From: Chrysomallon squamiferum
Taxonomy: Eukaryota > Animalia > Mollusca
NCBI GenBank assembly: GCA_012295275.1
Contig: CM022673.1
Span: 19,158,001 to 19,222,000, forward strand
Reading direction: 5' to 3'
DNA length: 64,000 bases
The notes under the pieces were generated by a model. It did no database searches and was not told the DNA's origin. It saw only the letters and a list, made by a program, of their open reading frames with translations. Within the stretch, counting starts at the first letter, position 1; each line of letters opens with the position of its first letter. Positions 12,901 through 26,000 of the stretch are shown one piece after another. A program made the position numbers and the translations under genes.

Positions 12901-15900
12901 AACAACCACAATGTATTTCTTCAACATAATCCAAAAAGAAAATTGTTAAATAAAATAAACGGGGAAAAAAAAAAAAAAAAAAATAAAAGGGAAATGAAAG
13001 AAAGGTCAAATAAAAAATAAAATAAAAATAAAAATAAATAAATAACTTAAAAAAGGGAAGTAAAGGAAATCCAATAAGATAAATCCTCCCCTCCAACCAT
13101 GCCTTCATCGTTTGAAACTTTTATATTGTGTACAAAATGAACTTAGTGCTGATCACTGATGAGTCTGGTCTACCTAAACAACATCAGAGGAGTGTGTACA
13201 AGTTTAACATTTTCAAATTATCATCACTAGTGATTTAATATGTGATGTTCACCATTAAACCTCTTTGACCGCTTTGTTGAGAAGGCTATTAAACAGGTTT
13301 TTATAAAGAAATATCACCTGTTTTCCACTTAAAAATAAACATTAAATACATTCCTAATAACATAGTTTTAATCTCTTTCATCAGGACATATAGAATTAGT
13401 AAATATCTATTCTCTTAAATTAGTTTCTTTTCTTTTACAATTTTTACTGCAAGAAGTAATTTATATGAATTTAATATTTACTACAAAATTTAAATATTTT
13501 TAATATAATCTATATTAATACTTTAATTCAAATTGTTGTGTTATACTAATACAAAATTGCGTATAAAAATAAAATATGTATATGGAAACAGCTTTAACTT
13601 TCTTTAGATTTCCAAGAGATTTTAAACAAATATTTATAAATAGATTTTGAGGATCTTTAGAAGAAAATAACCCCGATATTTAAATTTCAAATTTATCACT
13701 TACTTTCTGGTGATGATAAAAAATATGTACCTTTGTATTTGCTGAATAAAATAAAAATAAAAAAATAAAATTAAAACTGACAAATAAATAATGATCATAA
13801 ATAATTATTTTAATGTTTTTATATAATTGTACATAAACCTATAAAATCAACTGAACTTTAAATTATTAGGTATGAAGTTTACTTTGCAAACCATTCTGAT
13901 ATTTCCAGAATTAATGAATGCTTTATGATACCCAACAACTACTTCATGTTAGAAAATGAAAATGATTTGCACAGTTAAAGGATGGGATCTAAAGATGGGT
14001 TAAGAACGTAACAAAAATTGAAAACTATTTTGAAAATTCCATTTCAACTTACCAAATCTCTGTTATATAATCACCAAATACAGTAATGAATTTTCTTCTA
14101 TCACTGTTAAATGAACCAAGAACTTTTATCATTTGTTGTTTACTTGGAAAATGTCTTTAAGGGGATACGAAATAAAAATGAATACAAAAATGAAATATAT
14201 ATATATGTATATCTTACACTCTCTTAATATGTACAGACTCCATATACATAACTAATGGATAAGAATTTTTCCCACAAAATTAAATAACCCGTGATGGAAT
14301 TGATATGTAAATGAAATAGCATTAGCAATCAACTACTGTTGCTGATTTCTTTTAATTAACTGTTGTTCTTCCTTTACAGACAACTTAATAAAAAATATAA
14401 AATAAAGGAAATTAGCATTGTTCTTTTGAAGTAAAATAAATTAAAAAATTAAATACAAAATTAAAAAAAATGCACTGACAATGTTTATGTTTAGTGAATT
14501 TTGATTACAAACATCATTATAGCCAGCATTATTTGTATTTATGTATATAATTTTGAACCATTTTATTTCATCACTATTGTTTCATCTCAAAATAAAACAA
14601 TCAGATTTAACCTCAAAAAAAAAATTAATTTATGAAATTACTTAAGATGTTTTACACAGAAATTACAAATTCTGGAGTGATTATACTATACGCTATTAGA
14701 GTGACCAACTTACAATTTTAAAAAACACCCTTCAACATTATACTCATAATGTAATTAATAAAGATATACAAATATTCAACAAAGATTTTAGTTTTTATTA
14801 ATGTGAAATACTATACCTGCATTCAAAGAGAAATATCAAACTGCTTGTAACAAATTATAAACTGTTCACTTTAGCTTATTTTTTATTTTATAATTCCCTG
14901 AAAATACTCCTTAGTCCTAACACATGCACCAAAGCACTCTATCTAGCTTTATAACTATATACTTTTTAATGACTTTTAAAAAAAAGAATAAATAAATAAA
15001 AGTAAATAAAAATAAAATAAAAAAAGAACGTAAATTTATAAAATAAATATTGTTTCAAGTTATTATTTACAATGTATTATAGACAACTTTTTTAACTGTT
15101 TCATTATTCTGATGCGTTTTGTTTATTCAGATACAGAAATTTTATTTGTAATCACAGAAATACTTCCAATAAAAACTGTTTTATAAATAACAGGTTTACA
15201 ACATATCTTTAGACAATAAAATTGTTCATATTTTATCTTTTATATCAATTTATATCTTTTATATATTTTATATTTTATCTAAACAATATATAAAAAAGAA
15301 GACATGAAACACAATAAATCACTTCCTAAAAAGAGAAAAAAAAAGTATTGTTATCTGTTTGCTTACCCGTATGTTTAAATTAGTTTCAACCACCAAACTT
15401 TGCAAATAATAAATTATGGCACTATTTTTTCCCACCTTTATCACAGTTCTTTGTGCTATTGCCTAGTAGTAGAGGCACTCTCATTCATACTCATACAGAG
15501 ATGCCAACTTTCAATGGAGTGTGAAAGTAATGATTGGAATGTGATGTGGGGCAAGTTTCTAATTAAGGCACTGTTTGGCATAAAGACATTAATGCTTCGC
15601 AATTTGTAGAGTCTCCTTAATTCTTTGTTTTAAAAAGATATCCTTTAGTGCTTTCAAAGGAATACTGATACTGATGAATCTTGGAAGAAAGGCTTATATT
15701 ATCAGTATAATATTAATGCATCTGTATGATAGTTTACAATTATTCCTCACAATTAATTTAAAAGTTATTCTACATGTAATTTTATCAGCTGTTAAAATAA
15801 TCACATAACATTACCAAACAACTTTATCATAGAGTATCAGCTGCTATCCATACAGATTGCTGTGTCTGAAAATTAGTCTGACCTCCTAGATCTATTAATA

Positions 15901-18160
15901 CTGAAATACTTAGTTATTTTTTTGAGATAAAAATCATTAAAAGGTTTGCTATAAAATTATGCAACTGAACCTGTTTAAAATTAATAACAGCATGTCAATA
16001 AAAAAAATAAGTAATATAAAAATCTATTAGAACAGTGATAACAACTTTCCAATGAATATGTGCAGAGAAAGCAATTGAGTTTAATAAACTGATTGATATA
16101 AAAGATAAATAATGGTTTTTCATTCGTTTAATGCAATGGAGCCAAATCTTGTAAAGGAGATTCTGTAACCATTTCAATAATCACAGGCATAAATTTGCAG
16201 CTCACATGCAACACTTTTTAGGAATTCTTGTTTTACTTTAAGCTCAAGTAAAGTGTGAGGAAACCTTGAAAACTCATACTTAGAACATTCATTAGCTGTC
16301 AAACTATTCTTTGATACACTTAGAAAATATGATCACTTCTTATTTACTGCATTATTTGGATATAGTAAAATAATCTAATCAGGCTTTTGTTTATGGACAG
16401 CAGACAGAACACACTTATTCACTGGTTTATTGTAACAGTATAAGCTGAGGGTAAATTTAATCATTACAACCAAATCTTAACAGTTGGCATCGCTATATTC
16501 ATACTTTCACTCACTCACATGTACACACATTCTCTCTTTCACACTCACCGTTTAGCTCTCCATTTTATGCATCTGCTTGTATTATAAAACAATTATCATT
16601 ACTGTTCATAAAGCAAAAACAACAACAATCATATAATGATTTAACAGTGAAATAGCATGAGTGATATTTCTTTGACCATTACTTATGTACATTATTATTT
16701 GCAAAATATGCTCTACAAAAATGTGATTTTAATCATCAAAGACTGAATCCAATTTTTTGGTGTTAAGATCAGAACTATATTTTACTGTTTGGTAGTGTGA
16801 ATATTATTTAAGTAAAATTTTTTTTATCAAAAAGGTTTAATTAGAGATTGCACATAATCCTAACTCTGAGCAATATATCTAAATATATATTGTATAAATA
16901 ACAATAAAAGTACTATAAAAAATAAGTTTAACAATGTATAAAAATATATAAAAAAAGAATTATATAAATATTACTATTTCAAGGTAAAGGGTAATAACAA
17001 TGGCAAAACACCATGATTTATAATATAACAATATAATGTGTATGAAAATATAACATAACAACAAACAACAGACATACTCACCAAAACAATGTTGATCACA
17101 TCAAATAATAAAAGAGCTGCTGAACTTCAGTATAATTTTCATTTGTTGAATAAATACAGGTCATAAAAATTCACCAAAATCTGAACATTAAATGCGTATT
17201 TACTTGTGGAAATCACAGCAAACAAACACCATAAATCACAACTGATGTAAATTTTTTGATTAAATTAAAATAAGAAATATTCATTAAGGTAAAACAGTTA
17301 AAAACTAAATGACACAAAACCTTTGTGTTGATGACACATGATTGTGCTTTATTACAAAATAAAACATTATCTGAAAAATTAATTTCCAGAAATACATCAC
17401 AAATATTCACTGTCAAAAAAATTAATGTTCTTTCAGTAAATGCTGTTCTGTCTCTGAAAGATTTTTCATTCAGCTTTATTGTTAAAATATTTGGTATAAT
17501 TATTTCAATAAACTGTTCATATAATCTGCCCTATAGGAGTCTCTGATTTTTATTTTATTTTTTTTATAGTATTTGTGAAATAACAGTAGCTATTAATTCT
17601 CATTAAATATATTTACATAACATATTTGAAATAAAGTAATTCCTTATAAAGAATGGTTAGTTTTAAAATTTTGAAATCCTATAAGTCGAATTTAAATAAG
17701 TTAAGAAAATTAACACATTTCAAACTAAATAAAGACAATTTAATACATTCAACCAACTGATTTATATTCTATTATAATCCTAATATGTGGAATTAGTATT
17801 TATTACTCTTTTTTTTCACCATGACATACATTCCCTTTAATTTTTCTTCAGTGTTATTATCAGATATTTTTATTGTTAAAATTAAGATGGATACATTTTG
17901 CAAAATGAAAATAAACTAAAAGTAAAGAATAAAACTGCTTCATAACATCTTTGTTCTTTTAGTTTCAGTTGCTCAGTGTAAAGTTATCATAGGCATTCCA
18001 TATTGTTATTAACGGATTTCCTACCTTGTATCACCTGCAGCTACATGAAGTTATAAAATATCAACTCTGACTTATCTACACTTTGTAAAGTGAAGATAAA
18101 ATAATATATTCTACTTTTTTTTTGTATTGCCATCATCACATTTAGAAAAATTTATTAGAA

Positions 18161-18402
18161 AGAATTATTTTTTTGTGTGATTATAAACATTATCAATGTT
18201 AATAAGAATTTAAAAAAATGACAAAATGATAATACAGTGTGTGTGAGTTTGGAAGAAATATCTATATAAAATATTTAGTTTATTGTAATAATTTTATTTT
18301 AATCTACATAGTATTTATTGTTTATAGTTCATTGTTCCATTTTTAATTATTTTTATTTATTTAGTTCAGTATTTTCAATCTATTTACTGTATATGTCATC
18401 TT
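18161..18402. repeat. ~240-bp direct duplicate of 21199-21440
   Basis: Near-identical sequence (TTTTGTGTGATTATAAACATTATC...TACTGTATATGTCATCTT) downstream of the RBM33 stop and in its penultimate intron. Confidence 0.9.
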
Positions 18403-18880
18403 ACAAGTCAAATTTTAAACAAACTTTTTCTGAAGAAAAAAAAATAACACCCAGTATTGACACATTCTTCTTTTGTTAATCTTTTCTTTTTAATATAAGA
18501 CTTCATGCAATTTCAAAAACAAAAAAGGAAATATACTGCTAGTAATAAGTACAACTTTCATCTATTATTTATTACGAATAAAAACATAAATTTATGTGAA
18601 AGAAAATTGGTGTTAGTTTGGAGATGTAAAAAGGAAAAAAAATAAAAAAATAAAAACTACTCAAAGTCAATAGGTAGAGATGGAAAAAGACCTAAAATGA
18701 ATAACAGATGAAATTATTATAAACATTTTATTTTTTTTGTTTTTTTATTTTTTATAAATAGTAATGTAATGACAATTAATCAATTAAACAAATTTAATAA
18801 ATTTAACATTATATTAAAAATAGTGGGACGTGGAAAACTGCATATAACAATTAACATTTTGTTAGCATCTGTATTTACTC

Positions 18881-18994
18881 ATAAAAGAATTATCTGGACA
18901 TAAGCAGGATAAATAAATACATTAGAATAAAAAGTAAAATTTTATTTCTGTACTTACTTTATTAATGTCTCACTAGGAAATAAAACATGAATAA
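18881..18994. repeat. ~115-bp inverted duplicate of 20172-20291
   Basis: Reverse complement matches RBM33 last-intron sequence, with few mismatches and an A-tract length difference. Confidence 0.9.
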
Positions 18995-19881
18995 CCTTTT
19001 GTTTATTATTATATTTGTAATAATTTTTGTTGTGGTTAGTTTTGTTATAAATAATGTGTATATGTCCATTATTATTATTATTTTCTTAAACAGATATCAT
19101 TATTTACAAATTTGAACAAATTACTGAAATTAAGTTTAGCAGCTGTAAGTCAAACCTTAAACAATTCAAGATGAAATAAACTCCAATAGGGCAGATTTAT
19201 GCTGAATATTTTCTTTAAGTCTTTCTTCACTGTTTTCTGAATATTTAACAGAAATTGTCTTACTGAATTTAAAATGATTTTTCTTTTTAAAAAGGAAACC
19301 TTTCAATGAAAAATTGAATTTCAAGAGTATATTATATAGCTAATGTGACTGTCACTTCAAATCTGTAAATCTCTGGAGTTCAAATATTATTTTCTTCTTG
19401 AACAGTTAGCATATATTAACTAATGAAATTCTAGTTAAGAAAGCAGTGATGCATTACCACTATTCCTTTTGAAACACATCTATGAAAAATGCTCTCATTC
19501 AATTTTCTGACATCCAGGAAATGTATGTTATCTTCTTTAATACAAACATTATTTGCATCTTTTGTCTGTCTTCATTCTTGAGCTGATATCCGAGATAGAA
19601 ACAAATGTTCTCTTTCTTCTCTGTTACACATTCATGATTTTCCAAACGTTTACTGTTTACACTTTTGTCAAAAATATCTGTTAATATTTCTCATCTGCCT
19701 TATTCTAATAAAATATGTAGATACCTTCATATGCAAATGAAAAATATACTGCAGTTATAATTATAGAAGTTTTTAACCATTTGTGTAACACACAAAGATA
19801 ATGATTAAAAAATACAGCACTTTGTACATTACTGATGAAGTGGAGGTGATATGGAGTCATTTTTGTTCTCTACATCAACAT

Positions 19882-20004
19882 TCAGGATGACAGGACACGA
19901 ACAGTGATATGAGACAGGTCAAGCATGTACCTGAAAAAGAATTTCAGGATGTAAACTTTTCAATGTTGAAATTGAAAATAATTTTGTTATGATAAAAAAT
20001 CTGC

Positions 20005-20041
<37 letters not shown>

Positions 20042-23000
20042 TTATTTATAACAAAACTAACAACAAAAATTATTAAACATATAATAATAAGCAAAAGGTT
20101 AATATATATATATATCAGTTAATTATATAATAAAAGCATTGTTATTAATTACAAATTTGGTTTGAATTTCATTATTCATGTTTTATTTCCTACTGAGACA
20201 TTAATAAAGTAAGTACAGAAAAAAAAAAAAAAATTATATTTTATTCTAATGTATTTATTTATCCTGCTTATGTTGAGATAATTCTTTTTATATATATATC
20301 ATGAAGAGTAGCCCATGTGTTTTGTGGAACTATCACAGGTAGCTAAATTATGTGCCCCTGGAGGTTAACTTAACAGAATAAAAAACTGAATTTTAAACAT
20401 ATTACACAGACACTACTAATATACATACATTTTATTGCGATCAGATATGATAAACTAGATAAAAATATAACTTTTGGGGGATGGAATTGTATTTATGTCA
20501 ATAAATTCTTTCTTATTCACACACAATATAATTCAAAGTTACTTCTTCACTGTTTCATTACTGGTTTAAATCATCTTAAAAGATTATACAAAAACTTGTG
20601 TTGATCTATCTCTGGCAGAGAACCAGTGATATCCTCCAAATGTCCAGAGGATATCTGGGCTAAAAACAAAATACTGGTGTTGTAATTTTTGTCTCACCTG
20701 TTATATTTGCTTGTAAATATTGCAGCATCAGCATGATTTGAAAATGTCACCACAGCTTTCTTCTGTGATTTGATCATTGCAACTGACTAAAATATAGCAA
20801 AAACAAAAAGATTTCAAAATCAAAGACATAGATGTATTTATAAATAAACATATATTAGTTGAAATGTAACATGTGGCAGAGGTGGCAAATTGGAGGTGAG
20901 TCAATTTTACTGATACTCCACAGACAGAAGAAACAAACTACTTTCACTGTAGCTGGAAAAACGTAATGTCTCGATAGAAATGGACAAAATTTTATGTGCA
21001 ACAAAAAGCTTAAATACAGTAAAGTGATTGTGTACAAGTAAGGGAAGGAGTCAAAACTCTTTCATAATACAAAGTGTTGAGAAAATCTCCACCTGTATAT
21101 CATTATATTTGTTTATATATATATATTAGTAAGAGAATACATTACAAAATATACATTTTCGAAAGACCAATTTCATTATTTTATTCAGAATATTAATTAG
21201 AATTTTTTTTTTTTTTTTGTGTGATTATAAACATTATCAATGTTAATAAGAATTTAAAAAAATGACAAAATGATAATACAGTGTGTGTGAGTTTGGAAGA
21301 AATATCTACATAAAATATTTAGTTTATTGTAATAATTTTATTTTAATCTACATAGTATTTATTGTTTATAGTTCCATTTTTAATTATTTTTATTTATTTA
21401 GTTCAGTATTTTCAATCTATTTACTGTATATGTCATCTTTAACTGTCAACATTAAATTGCATTACATTAAATTGCTAATCATTTTCTGAGTTGAGATAAT
21501 AAGAGTGTAAGTGAATACTGAAACCTCGGGTTCTCCAACTGATCTACACAATTTCCTAACATCATCTTCAGATGTTGATGCTGACAAATTGTCTATGGAT
21601 ACAAGTGTTGGGCCTGTCTTATGGCTTATAATATGCTAAATAAATAAATAAAAAAAAAAAAAAATTAAAAATTAAAAAATCCACAAGAAAACAAACTATA
21701 CAAATAAGATTTTTACAGCTTTTTCTATAACAAGTGTATATATTCATTAGTTACTGGCTGATACAGAATGATTCATAAATAATTAAATAAAAATGATATA
21801 CATCTGCAAAAATTAAAATCTAAGAAAACAAGTACTTGGAAACTGCAAATTATAATCATATAACATATTTTGAAATTTGTTTCGAAACATTTGTAACAAA
21901 CATTCAAAAAGATTTGAAGATGAATAGCTATTTTATAAATTCAACTTCATTAACAGATGATGACATACAAATCTAAAGCATTGTAACTGAAATATTACTT
22001 CATACCCTTCCTGAATTTCCTTGATCTGCTTGATCATTTCCCAAGTTGGCACCTTGCTGCTTTGTAATAATAGTTCTGGATGCTGTTGTATTTGTCTTTG
22101 GAGACTGCTTAATAACTGTGCGAATTTGTGATTGTGGTATTGATACCACTGCATGAAATGGTTCTTCTTGACCTAATTCTCCTGTCATGCTGTCTGCAGA
22201 CTGACCTGTTGAAATATTACTGTTAAATGATCGAGATGTTTTCTGTTGGATCCTTGCTGATACATTCCCACGATTTTTAAAATTCTTATAAACCCTCTCT
22301 CTAAAGCTGCCTCTGTTCATTTCCTTGTTTGTCAAAGAAACATCCATGTATCTATTCATCATACCTCTGCTCATGGTAGGATTCATTCCTCTATGGATTA
22401 TTCCTCTGTTTATCATGCCTCTATTCATAACAGAACCTATGGTCCTGTTCTGCGAACCTATAATACCTGAGTGTGTAATTTGGTTTCTTCTGGGACCCAT
22501 GCCCCAATTCACAGCCATTCTCAATCCATTTTTAAAGCCTCTATTAATACCATTATTCAAACCTCGAGTCATTCTAGGATTGTGGCCTCTGCCAATAAAT
22601 GGATGGCCTCTGTATGTAAAATGCTGCACCACAGTTTCTGGTTTATTAGTTTCCTGATTCTGATTAGCATTAGCATTTGGTAGCTGCAGCACAACATTTT
22701 TGACCACATTTTGGTGAGATACATTAACATGACTGGAGTGTGTCCTTGATCCAAAAGGTTCACTCTGCTGACCCTGGTATGCCTGTTTCTCTTCTTTCAG
22801 TATATTTTCATTTGATCTTGGAGACTGCTGAACTGACACAGTTTGAGCAGAACTAGCTTGGATATCAGAACCTCTTAGTCCTCTGCCTTGATTAGATTGG
22901 GTCATACCAAGCTTTTCAGTTTTTGGTTGAGTTTCTTTGCTTTTGGACTGGATTTCAGAATTTCCAGCAGACAACTTTGTACTTTTCATATGTCCAGGTT

Positions 23001-26000
23001 GTAAATGAGATTTTGTTCCAAAACCCTGCCGAGAAATGGTTTGAATTTGTTGTCCTTTAGGCAAAGGCTTATTGGTAGAAGATTTGGTTGGAGTCAGCAA
23101 GACAGTGGTTTCTGCTGATTTTTTATTGCCAACAATGTCATCTATTGATTTTCCTGCAACATAATTTTGAAAAAAAATAAAAGTGTAAAGTGAAATAATT
23201 CTAATAAACAGAATATTGGCCTTTACTGTTTGTAGTGAATGTTTAATTTTATAAATGTGGAAGAACTAAAGCAAACTGAAACAAACCAATAAAAATAAAA
23301 AAGAATCAAGAAACCAGTAACCAGATAAATGAACAAAATTAAAATGTAATGCTCAATTATTAATGGAATAGAGTTTTACTCTATCCACATCCACATGATT
23401 TCCATATTCAGTGCTTCTGTTTGACAAACGCTATCTAAACAGCACATTTTTATGATTTCAGCATTATAGAAACCTCCTTGCAAATAAGAAATTATTTGAA
23501 TGAAAATGTATAGATTTTTCAGTTAGTTTTATCACAGGCTGGAAAGCACTGTTTGCCAATCATCATATTATACAATTTAAGATTTTTGCTGATGTCTAAC
23601 TTTAGTATATGACCCCAGGGTTCAACAGTAATATTTTTAATTACTAGACCAGTGGACTAGTATGTCTTAAAATTTACTAGACCTGACCCAATATCAACTA
23701 GACCAAACTGCCGAATGACAAAATAAATATACCATAAACAGAGATAATTTTGTTAAACTTTGCTTCATATTGCATATTATTTGAAGAGTATACATAATAA
23801 TTAACCAATATAACTATATTTAAATAGAACACTGAAAAAACATCATATTGTAATATATTTTTTGCATATTTTTCTCATGACTGACCAATATTTAATATTA
23901 AAAGTTAACAAATGTAGTCTTATTACACTGGAATAAGCTAAACTGTCTCTGTGGCAAACAATACAATATCACTTCTCACAGAATATCTATATAGACTTTT
24001 AAGTTGATGGTTTGTGATGACTCTTTCAGTTTGAGTTTGAATAGTCACTTTTGTACACAGACTACTCATGGATATTTTTATCTACATCAATTACATGGAA
24101 TCACGCCCACCATGCCACCACAGTTCCAATGCGTGTTGTGAATTGTAAACTGAAACAATTGTGCATTGTGAAAACTGTGCCTGGTAACTTGCCACACTTG
24201 ATGACATTTTATTTTATTTTTTATTTGACATGGATTCAGAATGGCTTTTTATTGCATCAATCTAAAATTATTTGTACCCTTGATAAATCTCCCTACAGTT
24301 TCATATTTTCTACATGTGATGTTGAACATGGTATTGGTTTCTTCATTGTAGTCAAGCCATGAGAAAATGTCTTTCTATTTCTGGCAGAACTGTCGTTTTT
24401 GCTTTTCTTTTTCATATTTTTCAAGATAGTTTGAGACCCTAAAGTCATAATTATCTAAAAATCAACCATGTAATAGGATGTAACAAATGACAATAAAAAA
24501 AATGAAACAAAATGTTATAATAACTGGAACATATTGCTATATATGCATTAACTTATTCAGACAGGCAACTTTAAACATCTGAAGAAAGATTTATTTAATT
24601 ATGTTGCCGGCACCCTAGCAGATATAACTGGTCAAAAGTTGTGTCCAAAAATGTACTTTTTCTTGCCTTCAAACCAGTTTTTTTTTAAAAATGGCTGAAA
24701 ATAAAATGTGTGTTCATGGGTTAATATGAAAGCTGATTCAATTACCTTTCAAACAATGTGTGACACTACAGTGTGCCTTGTTTGGCAAAGAGAAGCTTGC
24801 ATTTGAAAGTAGCACGTGCTTGGCAAAATCGCCATTGTTACGTTTTCTACAGACTGAAATTGGTGAATATTTTATGTACAACTAGAAAGGTCTGGTGCTG
24901 TGTTAAAATGATTATATTTATATATTGTTTATATTTTTAATAACTTGTTGGTTGTATGTTTCTTCAGTGTTCCTACTTTTAGCAAAACTTGTTACAAAAT
25001 CGCCGTAAATTGTTTCCTACCTAGCTAAATTGCCATAGATTGTATGTGCAACTAAAATGAACTGGCGCTATTTGAAATGTTTATATTTGTATGTTGATTT
25101 TATATTTAATAACTTGTAGGATGCATGTTTTATTATATGTTATGACTTTTACTGAATACAATATGAATGTTCTGAAATAAATGAATTAACATCATTTTGC
25201 TGATTACTATCTTCTGTTCTAAAACAGTCGATTATTTTGCTTTCAAAATTCTTGTGATAAATGGTAAATTAAGAATTGTAAACATAACAAACTATACTAA
25301 ATAATAGAATAAAAGGTATTGATGGAATGCTGAATAAAAAACTAATCACTTTTTAATATCATAAAACCATAAATGCATCAGTGTCACGGAATTAGGACTG
25401 TGTAACTTTAATTGTAACTAGTCACATCTGCGTTTTTTTTACTGTTTCTGCCAAACTTCTCGAACTTTTCAACACCTGTAATGACAGCACCCAATCACCA
25501 GCAACTATTCAAACTGGCTGAAGATGCTAGCAATGTTGGTTCCAGGGCAGTTTTGTTTCAAGAAAATTACATTGGGATAGACCATACAGTAGTTTTTTTC
25601 CAAGAAAATTTAATGAGCATCAGCTTAATTATTCAAATTGAGAAAAGGAAGCTCTTGATTCATTCAAGCCTTGAAACATTTTCAAGTATATGTGAAGTAT
25701 ACACTTCACCCAGGAACTGTGTATACAGACCACAATCCACTTACCTTCATATCACATGAAGGAAACTAATCAGTAAGTTTTATGCTACCGGAATACCCAG
25801 TTACCATAAAACATATTGCTGGGACTAACAACACCATTGCGGATGTTCTTTCCAGAAAATAATGTTGTTTTCTCTTGCTCGTGTCTCTTGTTTAGGGCTA
25901 TGGACTTGATACTCTCTACTGATCAACACATGGTAAATCAGGGAAATAATAATATCTTACTGAAGCTGAGACATTGATAATGCTACTCTTTTTATTTTAT

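Noticed and set aside
13150-13200. CTGATGAG as a hammerhead ribozyme core or snoRNA box
   Set aside because: No stem II followed by GAAA and no convincing terminal stem.
22325-22657. Hydrophobic 110-aa plus-strand ORF
   Set aside because: Antisense shadow of the RBM33 NRG-repeat exon.
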